Below, one piece after another: positions 39,677 through 48,179 of a DNA stretch of 64,000 bases (positions are counted from its first letter, which is position 1; every line of letters begins with the position of its first letter). This stretch comes from an uncultured bacterium (GTDB lineage: Bacteria; Patescibacteriota; Minisyncoccia; Phycocordibacterales; PALSA-1337). Under the pieces are notes generated by a model, which worked only from the letters and a program-made list of their open reading frames with translations, searched no databases and was not told the origin of the DNA. Where the stretch lies: the NCBI GenBank assembly GCA_903872035.1, contig CAIQIZ010000009.1:7299-71298 (forward strand), given 5' to 3'. A program made the translations under genes and the position numbers.

Positions 39677-40618
39677 TTATAGATTTATAGTCTCGGCGAT
39701 CTTGTACGGCGCCTTATCCTGGGATTCGTAATAGACGCGCATTACCATCTCGGCCACCACACCCATAGCTGCCAACTGCACGCCGACTATGATGAAGAGC
39801 GCAGAAAAGATCGGTAAAGGCGTGGCCACGAAATCACGGATAGCGAATATCTTCAGGATCAAGGCCCACATACCGGCGATGACTCCCAAACCGAGAGAGA
39901 TGAAGCCCAGGCCGCCGAAGAAATGAATCGGTCGATCCATGTATTTGGAAAGGAATTTCACAACGATAAGATCGAGGATGACTCGGAATGTTCTCCCGAT
40001 GCCATACTTGGCCACGCCGTGGATGCGAGCGCGATGATTGACGACGATCTCGGTGACCTTGCCGCCATGCCAGGCAGTATAGGCTGGAATAAAACGGTGC
40101 ATCTCTCCATAAAGCTGTACCCCTTGGATGATGTCGCGTCGGTAGGCTTTCATGGAACAACCATAGTCATGGATCTTCACTCCAGTGATCGTCCGGATCA
40201 TCCAATTGGCGATCATGGATGGGATCTTTCGCATCAGGACCTTGTCCTGTCGCTTCTGACGCCAACCTGAAACCACATCAAACCCTTCATTGATCTTAGA
40301 CAAGAATTTCGGTATATCGGCCGGATCGTTCTGTAGATCGGCGTCCATGGGAATGATCACGTCGCCTGTGGCATTCTTGATACCTGCCGACATAGCCGCG
40401 GTCTGACCAGAATTGAAACGAAAGCTGATGACTTTGACGTTCTTATCTTTGGCTGCAATCTTTTTGAGCTCGCCCAAACTGCCATCGCGCGAGGAGTCAT
40501 TAACGGCGATGACCTCATAGTCGATCTTTTCACGGTCAAAAACGGCCTTCAGTTCTTTGTAGAGAATAGGGATATTCTCATCTTCATTGTATATAGGTAA
40601 AACGATTGAGACCTTCAT
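39677..40618 (-). CDS. polyprenyl-phosphate hexose synthase, GT2 (DPM1/GtrB/ArnC-like)
   Basis: VSIVLPIYNEDENI, VIAVNDSSRDGS, IIPMDADLQNDPADI; C-terminal TM helices. Confidence 0.7.
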   Translation of the reverse strand: MKVSIVLPIYNEDENIPILYKELKAVFDREKIDYEVIAVNDSSRDGSLGELKKIAAKDKNVKVISFRFNSGQTAAMSAGIKNATGDVIIPMDADLQNDPADIPKFLSKINEGFDVVSGWRQKRQDKVLMRKIPSMIANWMIRTITGVKIHDYGCSMKAYRRDIIQGVQLYGEMHRFIPAYTAWHGGKVTEIVVNHRARIHGVAKYGIGRTFRVILDLIVVKFLSKYMDRPIHFFGGLGFISLGLGVIAGMWALILKIFAIRDFVATPLPIFSALFIIVGVQLAAMGVVAEMVMRVYYESQDKAPYKIAETINL

Positions 40619-41697
40619 AGTTTTTTGAAATATTCCGCCAAGCCTCGAGCAAATCTTTCCGGGTCCAGATATTCTACCGCAAATTTCCGCGCTTCAGAAC
40701 CAAGCCTACTCCTAAGGTCAGCATTTCTCAAGAGTTTGCTGATTTCTGTTCGCATTGCGGCCTGATCTTTGTATGGTACGAATACGCCGTTAATGCCATC
40801 TTTCACATACGATTCCATGCTCTTGGTATGAGTTACTATGACTGCCTTGCCCATCGACATAGCCTCGCCAAGAGCGAAAGTTCCGACCGAATCAGTGTAG
40901 TCGTCGCGCTTGGCAACAGCGACCACGGCAACTTTTGACTCGGCAAATGCGTGCAACATCTTGTCATGAGGATATGTCTTTACGGTCACGTGAGGCGGGA
41001 TCGTTTCCGGCATATCTATAGACATGTGGCGATATTTCACAGCTGATGCAGGTTTGGTGGCCAAGCGACACTCAACGTTCAAGCCTTTAGTCGCCTCTAT
41101 AACGGTGGTGAAGTCTCGACCATAATTACCGACAGAGATGACCACGTCTTTTTCCATTCCGCCAGCCGGCAGATCCAGTTGCGGCTTGAAATAATTTGGA
41201 TCAGTGGCTTCTCTCAAGAAAATCACATTCTCGGCAAGCTTTGGAAATCTTTTCTTCATGGCATCAGCCGCCGCTTGGGAGATACAAACTATGCCATCTG
41301 CCTTCGATACGGCCCAGGCATACATCTTTTGGCGGAATCCCTTACCATCAGCTATCGTTCCGAGCACATTGAAATCCAAGATCACCCACTTGAATCTCTT
41401 GATATGGAGAAGTGCCTTCAGAACAAGAGAGCTGTAAGCTGTCGAAGTAAAAACGATGTCATATCTAAAGAATAGCGGGAAAAGCGGCAAGTGCGCATAG
41501 TGCATAGTCAAAATGTGCCGACGCAAGAATCGTGTGAGCCAAAACGGCATGAATTGCTCGATCTCCAAGTGATCAGCCTGTACTCCGTATTTTGGTAAGC
41601 GCAACATACCAAAGCACCAGCTGTCATGCCCTTTTCCCTGACGAGCATCGTCGATAGTTTTGGCTAGAACCTTATTGAAAAGATAGAGAACTTTCAT
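40615..41697 (-). CDS. GT4 (GT-B) glycosyltransferase
   Basis: Rossmann pair; C-terminal VAVAKRDDYTDSVGTFALGEAMSMGKAVIVT. Confidence 0.6.
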   Translation of the reverse strand: MKVLYLFNKVLAKTIDDARQGKGHDSWCFGMLRLPKYGVQADHLEIEQFMPFWLTRFLRRHILTMHYAHLPLFPLFFRYDIVFTSTAYSSLVLKALLHIKRFKWVILDFNVLGTIADGKGFRQKMYAWAVSKADGIVCISQAAADAMKKRFPKLAENVIFLREATDPNYFKPQLDLPAGGMEKDVVISVGNYGRDFTTVIEATKGLNVECRLATKPASAVKYRHMSIDMPETIPPHVTVKTYPHDKMLHAFAESKVAVVAVAKRDDYTDSVGTFALGEAMSMGKAVIVTHTKSMESYVKDGINGVFVPYKDQAAMRTEISKLLRNADLRSRLGSEARKFAVEYLDPERFARGLAEYFKKL

Positions 41698-42311
41698 CTC
41701 TTTTTCAAAACTAGAAAATATTCTCTTCGGAAAAACGGCGTAAAATGTCCGATGGTAAATGAAATGAAATAAGCCAACTTATTCTTGTACGAGTCGCCTA
41801 TGTAAAACAGACCTACCGGTTCAAACTCCTTTAACCCTTCGAATTCTTCTCTGCTATCAGGGCGAAGCAATTTGATGACGGCGGCCGGCGGATAAGGCTT
41901 TATATGACCAAATGTCTCCCAAAACTTCTTTGTAACTACTTCAGAGCTCAAGACGAGAAAACCACCAGGCCTTAGAACTCGCGAGGTTTCTTTGAGCATG
42001 CCGTATGCAGCCGCAACATCGAGATGTTCTATGACATTATGGCAGTGAGCCATCTCAAATTCACCATCACCAAATGGCATGTTTTCTCCACTAGCGGAGA
42101 AAACGTTGAACCCTTCCGATTTGAGCCTGGCTACCACACGCTGATTTGGGTCAAATCCAGTGACGAGCTTCCGGTCATGCTTCATGAATTCCCCTTCGCC
42201 ACAACCGACGTCTAGAGTCTTCTTTCCCTTAAAGTAAAACTCATAGAGAAAGCTTCGACCTTTGAGGCGATTCTTCAACATGAACCAGAAGGATGGGGTG
42301 TAATTTCTCAT
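41694..42311 (-). CDS. SAM-dependent methyltransferase
   Basis: KKTLDVGCGEGEF motif I, FEMAHCHNVIEHL, RPGGFLVLSSE. Confidence 0.6.
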   Translation of the reverse strand: MRNYTPSFWFMLKNRLKGRSFLYEFYFKGKKTLDVGCGEGEFMKHDRKLVTGFDPNQRVVARLKSEGFNVFSASGENMPFGDGEFEMAHCHNVIEHLDVAAAYGMLKETSRVLRPGGFLVLSSEVVTKKFWETFGHIKPYPPAAVIKLLRPDSREEFEGLKEFEPVGLFYIGDSYKNKLAYFISFTIGHFTPFFRREYFLVLKKR

Positions 42312-42335
42312 TGAAAATTTACGATTGATGACTGA

Positions 42336-43493
42336 TCACTTGCTAAATATCGGCAGATCATTAAAAGTGATCTTGTTCGTTCGTTGTTTGTCCACAAATA
42401 CCTTGGCCCGTTTCAGCATAGCATCTCTTTCCTGACTTGGCGTCAAACAGAATTTCACTCGCTCACTGAAACCAGCTTGACTATCCCCATCGTGCCAGAT
42501 GCGGCCACGATCACCATCGTTTCCTATGGTTTCGACGATGCCATCAGCTTCGCTACCTATGACCGGCACATCCATATGCATAGCCTCCCAAAAGACCAGA
42601 CCTAGCGCTTCAGCTTTGGAAAGCAGCACGAATAAGTCTGCATCAGCATAATAGTTCCAAATCTCATCGCGGTGTATGAATCCAGGAAATATCAATCTAT
42701 CTTGGATTCCCAATGATTTGGCTTGTCGATTTAGCGGCTCCAGGAGACTTCCCCGGCCTAGGGCGATCAAGACATAACCCGAACCTAATCCCGCGAACAG
42801 CTCCAGTAACTTAGGATAATTCTTTTCTGATTCGAGACGTGCAACAGTCAAGATCACTTTCTGGTTTGGAGCGATCGCGTGTTTAGTTCGTATCACACCT
42901 TTCTTGGCCTTTGTAATAAATTCCAAGTCGCGGTCGATCGTATTCACATAAAAGACTGTTATATACTTTTCCGGAATGCCGATGTTCTTCAGATACGTCT
43001 TCATATTCTCATTTATCGTAAAGAAATGGTCGGCCAAGCGCCACCAGAGCTTTTCTGTCGCCCATGAATAGAATCCCTTGATCGCCCCAAATCTCCTTGT
43101 CTGCGAATACACTCGCGGCTGATTGCTTACACAAAGGACGATCTTGCCGCCAAAGATAAGTTTGGCCAACCAAAGAGCCGGCAACATACCAAAGTCATAA
43201 GTCATCCAGGCATCCGGTTTGAGCTTGAACCTCTTCACGGTGAATGGGACCGAAATCAGAGTCAGAAGATCGAGCACCGGCTTCAAAGAATAGAGCCTGG
43301 TCTTTTTGTGAATCGTTTTGAATCGACCTTCGAGACTCACATATGAGACGTTGGCCCAAGAAAAGAAGAAGAAATCATTCATGGACGGATTCAACTGGTC
43401 GCGTTCCAATTTATCTTTGAGCTCGACGAATGAGGTGCGAAAGATATCGCGCCAGTCATAATTGATCATGAATATGGAGAGTGTTCGGATCAT
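42336..43493 (-). CDS. GT4 (GT-B) glycosyltransferase
   Basis: LSKAEALGLVFWEAMHMDVPVIGSEADGIVE E-x7-E region. Confidence 0.65.
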   Translation of the reverse strand: MIRTLSIFMINYDWRDIFRTSFVELKDKLERDQLNPSMNDFFFFSWANVSYVSLEGRFKTIHKKTRLYSLKPVLDLLTLISVPFTVKRFKLKPDAWMTYDFGMLPALWLAKLIFGGKIVLCVSNQPRVYSQTRRFGAIKGFYSWATEKLWWRLADHFFTINENMKTYLKNIGIPEKYITVFYVNTIDRDLEFITKAKKGVIRTKHAIAPNQKVILTVARLESEKNYPKLLELFAGLGSGYVLIALGRGSLLEPLNRQAKSLGIQDRLIFPGFIHRDEIWNYYADADLFVLLSKAEALGLVFWEAMHMDVPVIGSEADGIVETIGNDGDRGRIWHDGDSQAGFSERVKFCLTPSQERDAMLKRAKVFVDKQRTNKITFNDLPIFSK

Positions 43494-44638
43494 TGAAGTT
43501 TTGCGGTCGGGGGGTCCTTCCTGGAGAGCGCCGAGGACGGGTAGCCAGCGATCAGCGCCCGCAGGCGGCGGAAGGAAGGACCCCCCGACCGCATCTCTTC
43601 GGCTAGTCGCGTGCCAAGCATCGATAAACTATGATTATCCTGGACGAATTTTCTAACAGAAAGCGCACGAGCACGTCGGTCATCAATAGATAATTCCAAT
43701 AGAGACCTTATCTTTGCTGTCAATTCACTAACATCGTCTTCTTTAAATAAATAAGCGGAATCTATCTTACCAATGAGATTCTTATTGCAAGAGAGAGCCA
43801 AAGCGCCACAGGCCATGGCTTCAAATATTGTCTTGTCGAACATTCCGCTCGGACTCAAGTTGACAAATATCTCATGAGCGGAAAAAATGGCGGGTAGCTC
43901 ACTGTTCGGCACGCCGGCTTTGAAGGTAACGCGCTCATCTATATGTAGATCGGCAGTTCGTCGCTCCAACGATTCAAAATACCCGACGTCTTGTGACGAC
44001 ACATTTCCTATGAATAAAACACTGAAATCTATTCCTTCCTTCTTCAATATGCCTAAGGCTTCGATCAGTTGATCCAGTTTCTTTGACGGTGAAATACGTC
44101 CGACGGACAGGATCGAGTGAGGTATCCGAACTGTTTCTGGTCGAAAATTGAATATTTCCGTATCGACCCCGACCGGCATGAAGACAGTATTCTTGAATTT
44201 GGCTGTGTATGAAAACTTTGAGGTACAAAAAACTTTGGTACAAAAGAAAGCTGCCATATCCGTCAGAAAACTCCCAGCGTAATGGTTACGCCACATGTAG
44301 ACTGGCTTGCCCATAATTTTCCAGAGCGGACCGCCCAAGATCGCGTACTCCTGATTCTGATGGACGAAGACCACATCATAATCCTTTCGAAGCGTTAAAG
44401 CGTATTTAAAAAATCTGTACACATATTTCACTCGTGACACACCCACCTCCTTGCCCAAGGAAAACACTTCAACATTCGCTGGCAAATCATGAGTACCCTC
44501 GTAAAGACAGACCACCTTAACCGTCTCGAAATGCTTGGCCAATTCCGTTATCCAAAGATGGAAGAAGCTAAGGACACTATCACGAAGATCTACTTTTTGA
44601 GCAAAGATAAGGAGTTTCATATTATTTGGAGGTGGCAC
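43490..44638 (-). CDS. GT4 (GT-B) glycosyltransferase (C-terminal about 35 aa encoded by the palindrome)
   Basis: GT-B N- and C-domains; ORF reads through 43502-43593 palindrome giving tail SGGPSFRRLRALIAGYPSS; alternative ATG at 44620. Confidence 0.55.
   Translation of the reverse strand: MPPPNNMKLLIFAQKVDLRDSVLSFFHLWITELAKHFETVKVVCLYEGTHDLPANVEVFSLGKEVGVSRVKYVYRFFKYALTLRKDYDVVFVHQNQEYAILGGPLWKIMGKPVYMWRNHYAGSFLTDMAAFFCTKVFCTSKFSYTAKFKNTVFMPVGVDTEIFNFRPETVRIPHSILSVGRISPSKKLDQLIEALGILKKEGIDFSVLFIGNVSSQDVGYFESLERRTADLHIDERVTFKAGVPNSELPAIFSAHEIFVNLSPSGMFDKTIFEAMACGALALSCNKNLIGKIDSAYLFKEDDVSELTAKIRSLLELSIDDRRARALSVRKFVQDNHSLSMLGTRLAEEMRSGGPSFRRLRALIAGYPSSALSRKDPPTAKLQ
43502..43593. repeat. GC-rich perfect 20-bp inverted repeat with about 52-nt spacer, inside 3' end of GT4 ORF
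   Basis: TGCGGTCGGGGGGTCCTTCC ... GGAAGGACCCCCCGACCGCA; both strands remain open through it. Confidence 0.7.
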
Positions 44639-45776
44639 CTCCTAGAGCGCTTTCCCACGACTGAACCATGAGTTGGTCGCTTTCTTCACGCGTCATATAG
44701 ATATCAGCTTGGCGCTTGGCTTCTTGGCCAAGATTGGTGGCAAAAGCCCGATTGCTATACAACTTCTCAAGCGCTTCAGCCATAGCATTTGGATCGCGAG
44801 TCTCGACGATGAGACCGCTCTTCTCATTGATGAGAAATTCATCAGCACAACCGACATCAGTCATGATGGTCGGCCGCCCTACTGCGGCTGCTTCTATCAC
44901 TGTCATACCCCATCCTTCATAATCAGAGGACATCAGGAAACAGTCACAAGTCTTCATGAGCGAAGCGAATTCGGAAGCCCAGGAACCGATAATGACGGAA
45001 TCATCCATTTTGAGCTCAACAACTAAATCTTTGAGGCTGTCACCTTCTGGACCAGATCCAGCGACGACGAGACCAACATTCTTATGGATCTTCTTGAAGA
45101 GGCTGAAAGCTTCAATAGCTAATGGAATATTCTTTTGCTTCACATAGCGGCAGGCCACCAAGACGATCCAGTCGAAATGTGGATACTTCGCATGCAGATC
45201 GGTCGTCACGGCCACATTCCTGACTGCCTCCACCTCTACGAATATAGGCGCAATGATGATCTTTGAGGCGGGTATTTCAAGCGAGTCGCGAAGATACGTA
45301 GCGATCTTTTGCGAGACGACACGGATGCTCGCGGCTCCACGCAAGACGAACGGCACCAAAAAAGCCTGGGATCTCTGTCTCAATGATTCTTGCCGGAAAT
45401 ACGGACTGAAGAAATCGATGTGAACCTGCACGTTCCGCGGCCTCCGAGTCAGCCAGGAAGCCAGGATGCCTATCAAGCCCAATTCGAATGGATCTTGAGT
45501 GACGATGACCGTATTATCTTTGGCCAATTTTTTTGCAAGGCGCAGAGCTTTCATCGCTGCGACCAATTTGACGCTGCCAGTAGCCGGATGTGCGGTCACG
45601 TTGTTCTTGAGCATGACCGGCGACGCAGAAATTCCGCTGCCTTGAAGCGAGATGATATCTATTCCTTCAACCAAAGTCCCAAAATGCTCCATCCTCTCTA
45701 CGACAGCGCTACCAGCCTTAAAGATCCCGCCGTCAACGGAGAACATCAGCAGATGGATTTTTGATTTCGGCTTCAT
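44622..45776 (-). CDS. GT4 (GT-B) glycosyltransferase
   Basis: start set at ATG (MKPKSK) overlapping upstream stop as ATGA; track start 45827 is TTG; VLVACRYVKQKNIPLAIEAF, SSDYEGWGMTVIEAAAVGRPTIMTDVG. Confidence 0.55.
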   Translation of the reverse strand: MKPKSKIHLLMFSVDGGIFKAGSAVVERMEHFGTLVEGIDIISLQGSGISASPVMLKNNVTAHPATGSVKLVAAMKALRLAKKLAKDNTVIVTQDPFELGLIGILASWLTRRPRNVQVHIDFFSPYFRQESLRQRSQAFLVPFVLRGAASIRVVSQKIATYLRDSLEIPASKIIIAPIFVEVEAVRNVAVTTDLHAKYPHFDWIVLVACRYVKQKNIPLAIEAFSLFKKIHKNVGLVVAGSGPEGDSLKDLVVELKMDDSVIIGSWASEFASLMKTCDCFLMSSDYEGWGMTVIEAAAVGRPTIMTDVGCADEFLINEKSGLIVETRDPNAMAEALEKLYSNRAFATNLGQEAKRQADIYMTREESDQLMVQSWESALGGATSK

Positions 45777-46810
45777 GCCTTTTTTGATCTCCAAACCTTG
45801 ACGATCTCGCCAGCTATCTCTTCCCAAGTGTGGACGAATGAGAACTTCGCGACTTTGGCAGCTTGAGCGGCACGATTCCGTGGATCAGCCAACCAAAGGA
45901 TCTTCTCGGTCATATCGTTCTCATCTTCTGGATCGACAAAGATCGCGCATTCTTTGACCCGATCGGCGATCCCTGTCTCCTTAGTCAAGATAAATGGTGT
46001 GCCGACTCGGATAGCATCGAAGATCATATTGGGGCTGATATCGCCCAATGAAGCCAAGATGACCGCGTAGGAATGATGGATCTTTTCTAGGAAGCTGTCG
46101 TAGATCGCTTTTCCGCAATCAAGGTCTATATCAGGTAAGTTTTTGGACCGCAATCCCTTCTCGGCCGATTCGAAGGACTTCTTCAGACGTTCGATGTTTT
46201 TCCATTTGAGTGTCCGCGTCCCTGCCACGAATGACCGGTTTTCTGGTTCGATCGAAGGTAATCTTGGTCCACAGAAATTCTCGACGATGGCATTCCTTCT
46301 CGGATCAAGCTTGTAAGCCTTCTCGAATATCCTCCTCTGCCAATCAGTGCTGAAAATTATGGCCGATGCCCTTCGCAAAGCTTTACCACCCCAGCGATAG
46401 ATCAGTCTTTCCCTAAATGAAAGATTGCTTAATTTGGTGTCGATCACTTTCTGGTAAAAATCCTTGAACAAGACGAGCTCTCCCGTCCGCTCGATGTAAG
46501 TTTCCCAAAGACGGTCGCCACCTGTGCGGATGATATATTTCTTCCGAAGAAGCGCGCAAGCGATCATGGTGGGCACTGCTGCATTCCAAGTATCGAGAAC
46601 CAATACCAAATCTGCCTTCCAAGCTTTGCGGAAAACTTTGGTCAAATACAACAAATTGCTCAAAGGTGATGGCACTGCCCTTTCCCATCGGTAGGCTGCC
46701 ACTTTTACCTCATGACCCTGTTTCTTCCAGGTCTCATAAAGGTTGCGGGCGTACTGGGCGGGACCGCCGATATCGGGAGGATATATGCCAGATGCGATCA
46801 AAATTTTCAT
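45773..46810 (-). CDS. GT-B fold glycosyltransferase-like (GT4-related)
   Basis: MKILIASGIYPPDIGGPAQYARNL N-terminus typical of GT4 N-domain; divergent C-domain. Confidence 0.45.
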   Translation of the reverse strand: MKILIASGIYPPDIGGPAQYARNLYETWKKQGHEVKVAAYRWERAVPSPLSNLLYLTKVFRKAWKADLVLVLDTWNAAVPTMIACALLRKKYIIRTGGDRLWETYIERTGELVLFKDFYQKVIDTKLSNLSFRERLIYRWGGKALRRASAIIFSTDWQRRIFEKAYKLDPRRNAIVENFCGPRLPSIEPENRSFVAGTRTLKWKNIERLKKSFESAEKGLRSKNLPDIDLDCGKAIYDSFLEKIHHSYAVILASLGDISPNMIFDAIRVGTPFILTKETGIADRVKECAIFVDPEDENDMTEKILWLADPRNRAAQAAKVAKFSFVHTWEEIAGEIVKVWRSKKA

Positions 46811-46853
46811 ACGAATCAGTCTACCACAAACATGAATTTGGAGTTAGGAAAAC

Positions 46854-46942
46854 GATCTTGGTGGAAAAAGCCTCCTCGCCTTCCAATCGAAAAACGGATC
46901 GACCAGCCTTCGACTCATTCGAATACTTTTTCCACCAAGATC
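46854..46942 (-). repeat. short member of the extended-hairpin element family; overlaps last codons of 46915-48162
   Basis: 17-bp perfect stem GATCTTGGTGGAAAAAG/CTTTTTCCACCAAGATC; loop begins ATTCGA and ends GGCGAGGAGG like copies at 7069 and 55788; closing-stem consensus cTyGGyGGAmAA shared. Confidence 0.5.
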
Positions 46943-48162
46943 TCCTGCATCTTCTTAGCTATCATGATCCATTGGTACTTCTCGCGGATCATTTTGGAGG
47001 CATTCTTAATGATGTAATCTCGTGATTCCTTGTCCTTGATCAATTTTTCGACTTTCTGAGCGATCGAGCGAGGATTGCCGACTTCGCAAAAAAGTCCGGT
47101 CTCGCCATCTTTCAAGAAATCAGGTATGCCGCCAACCGGAGTGGCGATGATAGGAAGTCCAGCCGCCATAGCTTCGAGAAAAGAAACTCCCAAACCTTCC
47201 GACAATGACGGTCTGACGAATATATCCGAGATCTGCAAATACGGCGGCATGTCTTTGTGCGAGATGAAGCCTAGGAATTGCACACGGTCAATTACTTTCA
47301 CATTATTCTTGCAAGTCGATTCTCCATTATTCAAGCCGAGTTCGATCGCTAGTTCCCTCAACTTCCCTTCTTCATGTCCTTGACCGAGGATGAGCAATTT
47401 GATATTCGCCGGCAAGTACTTCAAAGATTCTATGATATCGCCGACGGCATTCTTCTCTACCAAGCGCGAAGTCGTCACCAGAAAGACGTCGTTTTCTTTC
47501 TTGCCAAGTTTCGACTTCAGATCGACGGCCTCTTGGCTAGAGATCGGCTTTGAGAACAATTCAAGATCTACAGCATTGGGTACGACTGTCACCGGACATT
47601 TGGCACCCATATTCTTAGCCCAATCAGCCAGATAATTTGAAATGGTCTGGATATGGTCGGCTTTGGTGAAGATCATCTTGAAGAGCGGATACAAGGGCAA
47701 TGCACGACGCTTCAAGTAAGAGATGGGGTCACCGTCTTGCAAAGTAAGCAGATAAGGTATCTTCGGATGCATCAGCTTGAAAAGCACCGCCGCGAAGGAA
47801 CTGTAATTGGCCATGATCGACCAGATCGCATCGTATTTCCGCTTTCGATTCAAGCTGATGGCTTTCGATAGGCCAGTCAATAAATATGCGTATTTATTTA
47901 AATTTAAGTAGAATGGCAGCGAGTCTGTCGAGAACTTCTTTGACGTCGACCAACCGATGCGGTAAATATTCACATTGCCGATCTTTTCGTATTTTGGTAA
48001 GCGCGAATCGAGACACAAAGTGATCATGTCAAATTCGATATCGCCCGGAGCGATCCGGTCAGTGATCTCTTTGATAGCGACTTCAGCCCCGCCGATGAAA
48101 CGAGGGTAATAGGCGAAGGAGAAAATCAGCACATGAGGCTTATTCAACGGAGTGATCATCAT
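46915..48162 (-). CDS. GT4 (GT-B) glycosyltransferase
   Basis: FVRPSLSEGLGVSFLEAMAAGLPIIATPVGGIPDFL. Confidence 0.7.
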   Translation of the reverse strand: MMITPLNKPHVLIFSFAYYPRFIGGAEVAIKEITDRIAPGDIEFDMITLCLDSRLPKYEKIGNVNIYRIGWSTSKKFSTDSLPFYLNLNKYAYLLTGLSKAISLNRKRKYDAIWSIMANYSSFAAVLFKLMHPKIPYLLTLQDGDPISYLKRRALPLYPLFKMIFTKADHIQTISNYLADWAKNMGAKCPVTVVPNAVDLELFSKPISSQEAVDLKSKLGKKENDVFLVTTSRLVEKNAVGDIIESLKYLPANIKLLILGQGHEEGKLRELAIELGLNNGESTCKNNVKVIDRVQFLGFISHKDMPPYLQISDIFVRPSLSEGLGVSFLEAMAAGLPIIATPVGGIPDFLKDGETGLFCEVGNPRSIAQKVEKLIKDKESRDYIIKNASKMIREKYQWIMIAKKMQEILVEKVFE

Positions 48163-48179
48163 TTCATCCTTTCATACAA

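Noticed and set aside
43502-43593. Integron attC site
   Set aside because: It lacks the inverse-core/core (RYYYAAC / GTTRRRY) boundaries and the extrahelical-base asymmetry. The arms are perfectly paired, unlike attC sites.
44622-45026. Possible frameshift or pseudogene in the GT4 genes around 44.6-45.8 kb, because my hand translation of the displayed text broke frame near 44881
   Set aside because: The supplied ORF-track translations are continuous and coordinates are self-consistent. The break is explained by a single missing T in the displayed text, so the genes are treated as intact and the display discrepancy is flagged in the summary.
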